Of a stretch of DNA of 42,482 bases, positions 1 through 8,581 are shown one piece after another. Under the pieces are notes generated by a model that was given only the letters and a program-made list of their open reading frames with translations, was not told the origin of the DNA and made no database searches. This DNA is from Clostridia bacterium (lineage in GTDB: Bacteria > Bacillota > Clostridia > Oscillospirales > CAG-272). The stretch's first letter is position 1. Each line of letters opens with the position of its first letter. The translations under genes and the position numbers were made by a program. The stretch covers positions 1 through 42,482 of the forward strand of contig JAFQPL010000010.1 in NCBI GenBank assembly GCA_017411785.1, read 5' to 3'.

Positions 1-1
1 A

Positions 2-172
2 GCTCAATATGCGCGGCAGGGCGATACGGTTCTTCTCGCGGGTAAGGGACATGAAGCCTACGAGATAGACAGTACAGGAAGGCATCCGTTTGACGAGCGT
101 GAAATAATAAAGCATGCTCTCAGGCGTCGTGATGAGATCAGCGGTAGGAAAGGGAAGAAAAATGAAGGTTAA
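2..172 (+). CDS. murE: Mur ligase C-terminal fragment, most likely MurE; the 5' end lies outside the window
   Basis: Frame 2 reads AQYARQGDTVLLAGKGHEAYEIDSTGRHPFDEREIIKHAL... and ends at TAA 170-172. The AGKGHE...F.D.E block is the conserved C-terminal end of Mur ligases. The position directly upstream of murF-mraY fits a dcw cluster. The ORF track misses it because it is open at the window edge. Confidence 0.6.
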   Translation, partial: AQYARQGDTVLLAGKGHEAYEIDSTGRHPFDEREIIKHALRRRDEISGRKGKKNEG

Positions 173-1610
173 CGTAGGTTGTGATGCTTTAACAATGTCA
201 GAGCTTGCAAAGATGTGCGGCGGAATGCTTTGTCTTGCGGGCGGACAGAATAACAGAGATATTCCGTTCAATACGGTATGCACCGATTCGCGTGAGACCG
301 AAAAGGGCTCGCTTTTCGTGGCACTTGACGGTGAACGAGTTGACGGACATGATTATATAGGCGCAGCGCTTTCTCACGGAAGTGAATGTATACTTTGCGA
401 GCGTATTCCCGATGCTCTTACCGATAAAAGATACGCGGCTTTGGTTGTTGATGATACGCTTCAGGCGGTAGGTGAGCTTGCAAAGGCGTATGACCGCAGA
501 ATAAATAACAAAAAGGTTGCCATAACGGGAAGCGTTGGAAAGACTACTACCAAGGAATTCGTTGCGGCAGTGCTTTCCGAAAATCTTCGTTTACATAAGA
601 CCGAGGGAAATTATAACAGTACGCTCGGTATGCCTCTTTCTCTTCTTGCGATGAAAAATGATACTCAGGTATCGGTTCTCGAGATGGGAATGAGCAATCT
701 CGGAGAGATAGAATATCTTTCCAGAATTGCAGAGCCTGATATAGCTATAATAACTAATATCGGCTCGTCGCATATGGAGTATCTCGGCAGCCGCGAGAAT
801 ATATGCAGAGCTAAGCTTGAGATAGTCAAGGGACTTAAGAGCGACGGAATATTGCTTCTGAACGGTGACGAAAAGCTTTTGCGCAATCGTGAGGAGCTTG
901 ACGGAAAAACTTATAAATATATAGGATTTTCCGCGGACTGCGATGTCAGAGCGGAGAATGTACATATCGGTATTGATAAAACTTATTTTGACGTTTGCTA
1001 TGACGGTAAAACAATAAAGAACGTTTCTATACCGATAATTGGCGAGCATTACGTTTATGCCGCGCTTTTCGCTTACGCTGTCGGAATAAATATGCAGCTT
1101 TCCGATGAGGTCATAGCGAGAGGTCTTAATAATTTCAGATCTATAGGTATGCGCCAGACGATATTTAATGTTGGAGATATTACGGTAATCCAGGATTGCT
1201 ATAACGCGAGCCCTGAATCGATGAAGGCGTCTATAGACGTTCTTCGTTCTGTGGCGGCGCGTAAGCAAGGCGGTAGGATGACCGCTCTTCTTGGCGATAT
1301 GTATGAGCTTGGAGTATGCTCGGATGCGGCACACGAGAGCGTAGGCATTGAATTCGCACGAAAGGGCGGAGCGGCTCTTTATACATACGGTAAGCTTGCC
1401 GATATGATAGCGAGAGGTGCCGTTCTCGGCGGAATGAGCAATGAGGATATTTTCAGAAATCTTGACGTGAAGCGTCCCGATATAAGCGGAGAGATGCTTC
1501 TTAAAACGCTTCGCGCGGGCGACACGCTTCTTGTAAAGGCAAGCCGCGCGGCGAAGGCTGAGAATGTTATAGAATATCTCAAGGAGAACGAAGCAAGACT
1601 TCGCCATTGA
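162..1610 (+). CDS. murF: UDP-N-acetylmuramoyl-tripeptide--D-alanyl-D-alanine ligase
   Basis: It is a Mur ligase with P-loop ITGSVGKTTTKE, a DCYNASPESM block and a LGDMYELG C-terminal domain. The track ORF starts at 114, but ATG 162 (MKVNVG) follows AGGAAAGGGAAG and overlaps the murE stop, which suggests translational coupling. The exact start is uncertain. Confidence 0.85.
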   Translation: MKVNVGCDALTMSELAKMCGGMLCLAGGQNNRDIPFNTVCTDSRETEKGSLFVALDGERVDGHDYIGAALSHGSECILCERIPDALTDKRYAALVVDDTLQAVGELAKAYDRRINNKKVAITGSVGKTTTKEFVAAVLSENLRLHKTEGNYNSTLGMPLSLLAMKNDTQVSVLEMGMSNLGEIEYLSRIAEPDIAIITNIGSSHMEYLGSRENICRAKLEIVKGLKSDGILLLNGDEKLLRNREELDGKTYKYIGFSADCDVRAENVHIGIDKTYFDVCYDGKTIKNVSIPIIGEHYVYAALFAYAVGINMQLSDEVIARGLNNFRSIGMRQTIFNVGDITVIQDCYNASPESMKASIDVLRSVAARKQGGRMTALLGDMYELGVCSDAAHESVGIEFARKGGAALYTYGKLADMIARGAVLGGMSNEDIFRNLDVKRPDISGEMLLKTLRAGDTLLVKASRAAKAENVIEYLKENEARLRH

Positions 1611-1633
1611 TTTTTGCAAAAGAAGGGTAAGTA

Positions 1634-2680
1634 ATGAATAGAACCTTGACAGAATTTTTAATAGTGGGAGTATCGTCGTTCGTGTTAACGGCGATACTTT
1701 CACATTTTATCATTCCGATACTGATAGCAAAAAAAGCGGGACAGCCGATAAGAGCGGAGGGCCCGAAGAGTCATTTTTCCAAGGCGGGAACGCCTACAAT
1801 GGGGGGCATAGCCTTTATTTTTGCTATTCTTCTCGCGGCCTTGGGAATGGTTATATATTATGCGGTGAGGGGAGAGCAAAACAGATTTATCCCCTTGGGT
1901 CTTACCCTTGCACTCGCCGTATTTAACGGCGCGATAGGCTTCTTCGACGATTACAGAAAGCTTTTAAAAAAGCAAAACGAGGGGCTTAAGGCGTGGCAAA
2001 AATTCGCACTTCAGGTGGTAGCCGCGATAGCTTACGTTGTGTTGCTTGTAAGGTTTGGCGGAATAGATACCGCGTTGCATATACCGTTTATAGATAAGAC
2101 CGTGGAGCTTGGAGTAGTCTACTATATTTTTGCGGTCATACTGATAGTCGGCGTGGTAAACAGTGTAAACCTTACCGACGGGCTTGACGGACTTGCATCG
2201 AGTGTTACTCTTACCGTAGGACTTTTCTTTGCGGTAGTTCTTTTTACCGTAAAAACTCCTATTATGGAAAGCGAGGGCGTAAAGGCATCGTTTTCCTTTG
2301 TAGCGTCCGCTCTTATCGGAGCTATGACAGCTTTCCTTATCTATAATCATCACCCCGCAAAGGTTTTTATGGGTGATACGGGATCGCTCTTCCTTGGAGG
2401 AATGGTCGTTGGCTCGGCGTTTATTATTGACGAGCCTATGATAATAGTAGTTGCGGGAGGCGTCTTTATCTTTGAAGCGCTCAGCGTAATGCTTCAGGTC
2501 GCGGTATTTAAGGTCACAAAAAAAATAACAAGAAAAAAAGAGGGCTTCAGGCTCTTTAAGTGTGCGCCCGCGCATCATCACTTTGAGGCGTGCGGTTGGT
2601 CAGAGGTAAAGGTCGTTTCGGTGTTTTCGGTAATAACATTTTTGCTCTGCGCGCTTGCTTGGGTAGGTCTTTACTTTTAA
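1634..2680 (+). CDS. mraY: phospho-N-acetylmuramoyl-pentapeptide transferase
   Basis: It is a polytopic membrane protein with MraY motifs (PTMGG, FFDDY.K, NLTDGLDGLA, FMGDTGSL, APAHHHFE). An RBS (AGAAGGG) lies upstream. Its position in the dcw cluster fits. Confidence 0.92.
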   Translation: MNRTLTEFLIVGVSSFVLTAILSHFIIPILIAKKAGQPIRAEGPKSHFSKAGTPTMGGIAFIFAILLAALGMVIYYAVRGEQNRFIPLGLTLALAVFNGAIGFFDDYRKLLKKQNEGLKAWQKFALQVVAAIAYVVLLVRFGGIDTALHIPFIDKTVELGVVYYIFAVILIVGVVNSVNLTDGLDGLASSVTLTVGLFFAVVLFTVKTPIMESEGVKASFSFVASALIGAMTAFLIYNHHPAKVFMGDTGSLFLGGMVVGSAFIIDEPMIIVVAGGVFIFEALSVMLQVAVFKVTKKITRKKEGFRLFKCAPAHHHFEACGWSEVKVVSVFSVITFLLCALAWVGLYF

Positions 2681-2719
2681 GCCGAAATAATTTTGATTTT
2701 AAATTAACGTTTTTGGGAG

Positions 2720-4054
2720 GTGTTGATTTTGGATAACGAAAAAGAAAATCAAGCTATGCCCGAAGACGATTTTGAAAAGTCCGAGGAGATCGGTAAAGCT
2801 GAAAAAAAGAAAAAAGAGTCAAAGGTTAAAATAAAGTCTCTCTCGGCTCGCAACGAGGAAAGGCGGGAATACAAGGACGCTATCTACTATGAAAAGATAA
2901 GCGAGACAAAGCCTGATATAACAAAGCCTCTTAAAAAGGGAAGCATAGATATGTGGTTCTTGCTTTGGGCGATGATATTGCTTTGCTTTGGAATAGTAAT
3001 GTGCTATAGCGCGGGCGTGGTAGATGCAACGGAAAGTTATGATTCATCAACGCACTATCTTGTGAGAAACGTTTTGTTCAGCCTGATTGCTATAATAGCG
3101 ACTGTACCTTTTGTAATATTTGCGCGCCCTTGGTTTTGGAGAGCCTTCAGTATAGTTGCCTACGGTGTTGCGGTGATACTGCTTATAGCGGTATTGCTTG
3201 TGGGACACGTTGGAGGAGGCGCGGAAAGATGGATAGCAATAGGACCGATAACGATTCAGCCCTCTGAGATCGCAAAGCTTGCCATAGTAATGATCCTTGC
3301 GCTATATCTCGAGAAGCATGAAAAGCAGGTGAATTCTCTTCAAAAATTCGGCGGGCATTTCAAGCACGGATTCCTTATACCGATGATCTTTATAGGCGTT
3401 CTTTGCGCACTTATAATAGGTCAGCCTCATATCTCGGGAGTAATGATAGTTGGAATTATCGGACTCGCGGTTATGTTTATGGGCGGAACACGGCTTCGCT
3501 GGATATTTATGCTCCTCGGTTTTATAGGAGTTGCTCTTATAATTCTTGTAACGGTCTTCTCGAGCTATGCTCAGGCGAGATTGGATATATGGTTACATAT
3601 CGATGAAATGGAAGAGCTCGGCGATGCGTGGCAGACGCTTCAGGGACTTAATGCTATCGGTTCCGGCGGATTTTTCGGTCTGGGCCTCGGCGCGAGCCGT
3701 CAAAAATATGGCTACGTTCCCGAGCCGCAGAACGATTTTATTTTTACTATAATCTGCGAGGAGCTTGGCTTTGTCGGAGCATTTGGATTAGTCTTCCTTT
3801 TTGCGCTTCTCATTTGGAGAGGAATAAAGATAGGACAAAACGCTCCCGATAAATTCTCGGCGCTTGTAGTATGGGGTCTTACCTTTAAAATTGCGCTTCA
3901 GGTGGCAATGAATATTGCCGTTGTAACTAATATGATGCCTAATACGGGAATTTCGCTTCCGTTCTTTTCGGCGGGAGGCTCTGCGCTTATGCTGCAGATA
4001 TTTGAAATAGGCATAATTCTTTCTATATCGCGATTTTCAACCCAGAAAAAATAA
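2720..4054 (+). CDS. ftsW: SEDS-family peptidoglycan glycosyltransferase (FtsW/SpoVE/RodA type) with a charged N-terminal extension of about 75 aa
   Basis: SEDS hallmarks are present: QPSEIAKL, NAIGSGGFFGLGLG, P...DFIF, GISLPFFSAGGSA. The GTG at 2720 overlaps the GGAGG RBS, so TTG 2729 or ATG 2756 may be the true start. Confidence 0.85.
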   Translation: MLILDNEKENQAMPEDDFEKSEEIGKAEKKKKESKVKIKSLSARNEERREYKDAIYYEKISETKPDITKPLKKGSIDMWFLLWAMILLCFGIVMCYSAGVVDATESYDSSTHYLVRNVLFSLIAIIATVPFVIFARPWFWRAFSIVAYGVAVILLIAVLLVGHVGGGAERWIAIGPITIQPSEIAKLAIVMILALYLEKHEKQVNSLQKFGGHFKHGFLIPMIFIGVLCALIIGQPHISGVMIVGIIGLAVMFMGGTRLRWIFMLLGFIGVALIILVTVFSSYAQARLDIWLHIDEMEELGDAWQTLQGLNAIGSGGFFGLGLGASRQKYGYVPEPQNDFIFTIICEELGFVGAFGLVFLFALLIWRGIKIGQNAPDKFSALVVWGLTFKIALQVAMNIAVVTNMMPNTGISLPFFSAGGSALMLQIFEIGIILSISRFSTQKK

Positions 4055-4075
4055 TAATACTTATAGGTGGATTTA

Positions 4076-5206
4076 ATGAGAGTTTTGTTTAGCGGAGGAG
4101 CATCGGGAGGACACGTAAATCCCGCGCTCGCTATAGCGGATATAATAAAAGCAAATTATCCCGATTCCGAGATTGCCTTTGTCGGTACGCCTTACGGCAT
4201 TGAAAATTCAATAGTTCCGCAGGCGGGATATAAGCTTTATAAGATAAAAATAGAGGGTGTAAACGGAAAGAAGGGGCTTGGAAAGCTAAAGGCATATGCC
4301 CGAGCATTTACCGCTCAATTTTCGGCGAAAAAGGTTATAAAGGAGTTTAAGCCCGATATAGTGATCGGAACGGGCGGATACGCCTGCTGGCCTGCGCTGA
4401 AAGCCGCGGTCGAGGCGAGAATTCCCACTATGCTTCATGAATCTAACTCAATGCCGGGAATGGCAGTAAGAAGACTTCAAAATGACGTTGATGTTATAAT
4501 GACTAATTTTGACAGCACAAAGGATAACCTTGATCCTACGGCTAATGTTGTAAAGGTAGGAAATCCTGTACGAAGCCAAGGCTTGTCGCTCACAAGAGCG
4601 TCAGCGCGCGAAAAGCTTGGTATAGACGCTGAAAAATTTGTTGTGCTTTCTTTTGGCGGAAGTCTTGGGGCTGAATGCCTTAACGATGTTGCTGTCGAAT
4701 ATATGAAGAATTTTGCACTCGCGCATGAAAATGTGATTGCTTATCACGTGGGCGGAAAAAATTATTACGAGGACGCAAAGCGTAAGCTTGAGGATAATAA
4801 GCTTCTTGAGAATAATAAAAATGTACTTATAAGCTTTACAAACGAGTTGCTTGTTTATATGGCGGCGGCAGACGTTGTTATATGCAGAGCGGGAGCGATG
4901 ACTCTCACAGAGGTGGCAAGAATGGGTAAGGCGGCCGTTATTATTCCTTCGGTCAACGTTACCGACGGACACCAATATAAAAACGCAAAGTCGCTTGCTG
5001 ACGGCGGTGCGGCTATTATGGTAGAGGAATCCGAACTAAAGAACGGGGCTAAAGTAAGTGAGCTTCTTGAACGATTTTATAATGACGTTGATTTTCGCAT
5101 GGAAATGTCCGCGAGGATAAAGGATTTTGCGGACGAGGATGTTGAAAAGAAGATATTGCAAAATATAAGGACGTTGCTTGACAGTTATAAGAAAATAGTA
5201 AAATAA
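4076..5206 (+). CDS. murG: undecaprenyldiphospho-muramoylpentapeptide beta-N-acetylglucosaminyltransferase
   Basis: The N-terminal GGASGGHVNPALAIA glycine loop, GTGGY, and the C-terminal RAGAMTLTE and Q..NA motifs match MurG (GT28). ATG 4076 is preferred over the track GTG at 4067. Confidence 0.9.
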   Translation: MRVLFSGGASGGHVNPALAIADIIKANYPDSEIAFVGTPYGIENSIVPQAGYKLYKIKIEGVNGKKGLGKLKAYARAFTAQFSAKKVIKEFKPDIVIGTGGYACWPALKAAVEARIPTMLHESNSMPGMAVRRLQNDVDVIMTNFDSTKDNLDPTANVVKVGNPVRSQGLSLTRASAREKLGIDAEKFVVLSFGGSLGAECLNDVAVEYMKNFALAHENVIAYHVGGKNYYEDAKRKLEDNKLLENNKNVLISFTNELLVYMAAADVVICRAGAMTLTEVARMGKAAVIIPSVNVTDGHQYKNAKSLADGGAAIMVEESELKNGAKVSELLERFYNDVDFRMEMSARIKDFADEDVEKKILQNIRTLLDSYKKIVK

Positions 5207-5232
5207 ATCTGTAATTTAACGGAGAAAAGACG

Positions 5233-6099
5233 ATGAAAAAAGCCGGGAGCAAGAAAAACAACGAAAGAGTCAGAAGAGTGCTTTTAAGTAAGCAGTTTTG
5301 CATAAGCGTTCTCGTTGTAATGAGCCTTCTGGCTTTTATTTGCCTTGTTAAGCTTGTACTGGGATTTATGCCTGTAAGTAATTTTACATACAAGGGAGAA
5401 ACGCATTATGATATAAGCGAGCTTATAAATGCGTCGGGAATTCGCAGCGGCGACCGCTTATACAAGATAGACGAAAAGGCGGCAGTGGCAAGGATGGTAA
5501 GAGAATGTCCGTATCTTAAGACCGTGAAAATAGAAAAGAAATTTCCTAATACGGTATGCTTTGCCGTTGAAGAGCAGGAGCCCGGATGGTATATGCAGAT
5601 AGGAAATGATTTTTACGGACTTGATTTTGACCTCAAGGTGTTGCTTGAGACTTATCTTGAGCAGGATTTTATTGACAGAGGTCTAACAAAGCTTGTACTT
5701 CCCGAAATCGAGTCTGTGGTAGTCGGAGAGCTTCCCGAATTCGCGAGTGACGATGAGCAGCTCATAAAGGAAAGCTTGAAGATAGTTGATGCCTTCAGAA
5801 CTCACGATATAAAGAAAAGGCTCACGGGGCTTGATATCTCAAACAGATTTGAAATAAAGCTGGAGATAGATAACAGCTATGAGGTCTACTTTGGAGATAT
5901 GGTGAGCTTTGATATGAAAATGAAGTTCCTTGCGGCAGTATTGGAAAAAGCGGAGACGGACGGAGCCTCGGGAGGACGCATAACCTGGGGGGACGATAAC
6001 TTCGTTTTGAAAAAGGAGTATTCTCAAAAGGACGAGGACGAGGACGGCACAAAGACTCCCGAAAAGCCGAAGGAAGACCTTTTTGAAGGGGAAGATTAA
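5233..6099 (+). CDS. ftsQ: cell division protein FtsQ/DivIB (POTRA domain) with an acidic C-terminal tail
   Basis: It has a single N-terminal TM helix followed by a POTRA-like block (LKTVKIEKKFPNTVCFAVEEQEP). Its position between murG and ftsZ fits. Confidence 0.7.
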   Translation: MKKAGSKKNNERVRRVLLSKQFCISVLVVMSLLAFICLVKLVLGFMPVSNFTYKGETHYDISELINASGIRSGDRLYKIDEKAAVARMVRECPYLKTVKIEKKFPNTVCFAVEEQEPGWYMQIGNDFYGLDFDLKVLLETYLEQDFIDRGLTKLVLPEIESVVVGELPEFASDDEQLIKESLKIVDAFRTHDIKKRLTGLDISNRFEIKLEIDNSYEVYFGDMVSFDMKMKFLAAVLEKAETDGASGGRITWGDDNFVLKKEYSQKDEDEDGTKTPEKPKEDLFEGED

Positions 6100-6158
6100 C
6101 TTAACTGTTGTTTTTGTAAAATATTTTGTTAAAATATCGTAAAATTTTCAAAAACCTA

Positions 6159-6187
6159 TTGCAAAAAAACGTTTTTTATATTATTAT
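6159..6187 (+). promoter_or_regulatory. sigma-A-type promoter of ftsZ copy 1 (TTGCAA-17-TATTAT)
   Basis: TTGCAA lies at 6159-6164 and TATTAT at 6182-6187. The block CTATTGCAAAAAA...TATATTATTAT recurs upstream of ftsZ copy 2. Confidence 0.55.
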
Positions 6188-6238
6188 AATATATAGTATT
6201 ATTATCTTACACGTATATTTTTCAGGAGGAAGTTTGAA

Positions 6239-7279
6239 ATGGGTTTTGAGTATTACGATAACTGCGAAAGCGGAGTTTGCATAAAGGTCGTCGGTGTAGG
6301 CGGAGGCGGAAACAACGCGGTAAACCGTATGGTCAGCGACGGCGTAAAGGGCGTAGAATTTATTGCGGTAAACACGGACCGTCAAGCTCTTAAAAGCTCA
6401 CTTGCCGGCCGTAAGGTCGTTATAGGCGAGAAGATAACCAAGGGCTTTGGCGCGGGCGCTAAGCCTGAAATCGGAGCGCTCTCGGCAGAGGAGTCTATAG
6501 ACGAGATAAAGGCAGCTCTCAGCGGTGCGGATATGGTATTTGTAACTGCGGGAATGGGAGGCGGAACCGGAACGGGCGCGGCTCCTGTTGTAGCAAAGGT
6601 TGCGCATGATATGGATATACTTACCGTGGGTATAGTAACCAAGCCCTTTGAGTTTGAAGGTAAGAGAAGAATGGCTCAGGCGGAGCAGGGTATCGAGGAG
6701 TTTGCAAAGTACGTTGATTCCTTGGTCGTTATTCCCAACGAGCGTCTTAAATATATTTCCGAAAACAGAATAACCCTCTTTAATGCTTTCTCCGAGGCAG
6801 ACGGAATTCTCCGCAAGGGTGTTCAGTCTATATCCGAGCTTATTAATGTGTCTGCGTTTATTAATCTTGACTTTGCAGACGTTACCTCGGTAATGAATAA
6901 TTCAGGACTTGCGCATATGGGTATCGGAAGCGGTACAGGTAAGGACAAAGCAGAGATGGCTGCCAAGGCGGCAATCTCGAGTCCGTTGCTTGAGACCTCT
7001 ATAAACGGAGCTATGGGTGTTATAATCAGCATTTCCGCATCTCCCGATATTGGACTTGAGGACGTTGATATAGCAGCGGGAATGGTAAGAGCGGAGTGTA
7101 ACGAGGACGCGAATATAATCTTCGGTGTCGGTTTTGATGAAAATCTCTCCGATGAGATGAGAATAACAGTAGTTGCGACCGGCTTTACAAAGGACGGAGA
7201 CAAGGATTCGGCTAAGTCTGCGAAGGATGACGCTAAAAAGGCTGCAAGCCCCGAGGATTTTCTTGACGGATTGTTTTAA
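6239..7279 (+). CDS. ftsZ: cell division GTPase FtsZ (paralog 1)
   Basis: Motifs present: [13 protein letters not shown], the tubulin signature GGGTGTG, the T7 loop NLDFADV, and the C-terminal peptide PEDFLDGLF. The RBS is AGGAGGAAG. Confidence 0.93.
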   Translation: MGFEYYDNCESGVCIKVVGVGGGGNNAVNRMVSDGVKGVEFIAVNTDRQALKSSLAGRKVVIGEKITKGFGAGAKPEIGALSAEESIDEIKAALSGADMVFVTAGMGGGTGTGAAPVVAKVAHDMDILTVGIVTKPFEFEGKRRMAQAEQGIEEFAKYVDSLVVIPNERLKYISENRITLFNAFSEADGILRKGVQSISELINVSAFINLDFADVTSVMNNSGLAHMGIGSGTGKDKAEMAAKAAISSPLLETSINGAMGVIISISASPDIGLEDVDIAAGMVRAECNEDANIIFGVGFDENLSDEMRITVVATGFTKDGDKDSAKSAKDDAKKAASPEDFLDGLF

Positions 7280-7296
7280 TTGAACAGTTAATAAAT

Positions 7297-7338
7297 ATAG
7301 CGGTTTCTGCGTGCAGACCGCTATATTTATTTTTTTTG
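7297..7338 (+). terminator. intrinsic terminator after ftsZ copy 1
   Basis: The hairpin ATAGCGGT..CTG/CAGACCGCTAT is followed by ATTTATTTTTTTTG. Confidence 0.7.
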
Positions 7339-7368
7339 TAAAAAAGGGGAGAATTTTTAGTAAAACTA

Positions 7369-7397
7369 TTGCAAAAAATCAAAAAATATATTATTAT
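7369..7397 (+). promoter_or_regulatory. sigma-A-type promoter of ftsZ copy 2 (TTGCAA-17-TATTAT)
   Basis: TTGCAA lies at 7369-7374 and TATTAT at 7392-7397. The block is near-identical to the one at 6156-6187. Confidence 0.55.
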
Positions 7398-7436
7398 ATA
7401 AGTAATAGAAAAATTACGGTAAAGGAGCTTCAAAAA

Positions 7437-8450
7437 ATGAGTTACGAAAATGAATATGGCGTAAAAATAAAGGTCGTAGGAGTCGGCGGCGGCGGAAATA
7501 ATGCGGTCAACCGTATGATAGCTTCCGATGTAAAGGGCGTTGAGTTTATCGCAATAAATACCGATAAGCAGGCTCTTAAAAAGTCTCTTGCAACTACTCA
7601 GCTGGCAATTGGAGAAAAGATTACTAACGGATTTGGCGCAGGCTCAAATCCCGAGATAGGAAAGAGAGCTGCCGATGAGGCTTACGCTGAGATAAAGAAG
7701 CTTCTTACAGGCGCCGATATGGTGTTTATAACCGCGGGAATGGGCGGCGGAACAGGAACGGGTGCTACTCCCTTTGTTGCAAAGGCTGCAAAGGAGCTTG
7801 ATATACTTACGGTTGCGGTTGTGACCACTCCTTTTGCATTTGAGGGTAAAAAGAGAATGCTTCAGGCAGAGGTAGGTATAGCAGAGCTTGGTGAGTACGT
7901 TGATTCCTTGGTAGTTATTCCTAATGAGAGACTCAAGCTTGTTGCAGATTCAAGAATTTCTCTTGCAACGGCATTCTCAGAGGCAGACGACGTTCTTCGC
8001 AGAGGTGTTCAGTCTATATCCGATCTTATCAATAACCTTGGATTTATCAATATCGACTTTGCTGACGTAACCTCGATCCTTGAGCATTCAGGCGTTGCTT
8101 ATATGGGAATGGGTAAGGCAAGCGGTAAGGATAAGGCGCAGATCGCTTCCAATATGGCGATCTCCAGTCCTCTCATAGAGACCTCTATCAAGGGCGCAAA
8201 GGGCGTTATTATCAGTATCGCCGCATCCGCAGAGGTAGGACTTGAGGACGTTGATTTTGCCGCAAACGCAATAAGAAACGAGTGCAACGAGGATGCAAAT
8301 ATTATCTTCGGCGTTGCATTTGATCCTTCACTTGAGGATGAGATGAGAATTACTATTATCGCGGCAGGCTTTAACTCTAACGACGATAAGAAAGAAGAAA
8401 AGAAGGAAGCCGCTCCCGCAAGTGACGATTTCTTCGCAGGTCTGTTTTAA
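7437..8450 (+). CDS. ftsZ: cell division GTPase FtsZ (paralog 2)
   Basis: The start [27 protein letters not shown] follows the RBS AAAGGAG. It has GGGTGTG, NIDFADV and the C-terminal peptide SDDFFAGLF. The track ORF start at 7311 runs through the promoter and terminator and is rejected. Confidence 0.92.
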   Translation: MSYENEYGVKIKVVGVGGGGNNAVNRMIASDVKGVEFIAINTDKQALKKSLATTQLAIGEKITNGFGAGSNPEIGKRAADEAYAEIKKLLTGADMVFITAGMGGGTGTGATPFVAKAAKELDILTVAVVTTPFAFEGKKRMLQAEVGIAELGEYVDSLVVIPNERLKLVADSRISLATAFSEADDVLRRGVQSISDLINNLGFINIDFADVTSILEHSGVAYMGMGKASGKDKAQIASNMAISSPLIETSIKGAKGVIISIAASAEVGLEDVDFAANAIRNECNEDANIIFGVAFDPSLEDEMRITIIAAGFNSNDDKKEEKKEAAPASDDFFAGLF

Positions 8451-8470
8451 TTTTAAGTCTTAAAACAAAT

Positions 8471-8498
8471 AAAAAAGAGCCGTTGGCTCTTTTTTATT
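8471..8498 (+). terminator. intrinsic terminator after ftsZ copy 2
   Basis: The hairpin AAGAGCC-GTT-GGCTCTT is followed by TTTTATTT. Confidence 0.8.
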
Positions 8499-8581
8499 TA
8501 AGGTATTTACAAAATTTGCGCAGAATGATATAATATTTATGCTGTGTAATGCTTTCAGAAATCTGTCTGACGGAGGATAAA

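Noticed and set aside
591-1703. A long antisense ORF (370 aa) lies opposite murF. Similar long antisense or off-frame ORFs are 1964-2581(-), 11263-12228(+), 15172-15645(-), 15459-15884(-), 16916-17800(-), 24399-24962(-), 26106-26996(-), 33820-34317(+), 36023-36475(+), 40329-40883(-) and 40363-41625(-).
   Set aside because: Each lies opposite a gene with clear family motifs (murF, mraY, scfB, spoIIAB/sigF, pgk, the membrane protein, the SGNH-like gene, the heparinase-like gene, trpS, serA). Their translations are low-complexity or rich in Arg, Ser, Ile and Lys, with no recognisable motifs and no RBS. They are typical shadow ORFs produced by the strong codon bias.
7311-7436. The track ORF gives ftsZ copy 2 an N-terminal extension starting at 7311.
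   Set aside because: The extension begins inside the terminator of copy 1 and spans the promoter. ATG 7437 has the RBS AAAGGAG and aligns with the N-terminus of copy 1.
6239-8450. I considered whether the two ftsZ genes are an assembly duplication artefact.
   Set aside because: The copies differ at roughly 30 percent of amino-acid positions and at most synonymous sites. They have distinct N-termini and linkers and are separated by a unique terminator. Collapsed or duplicated reads would give near-identical copies.
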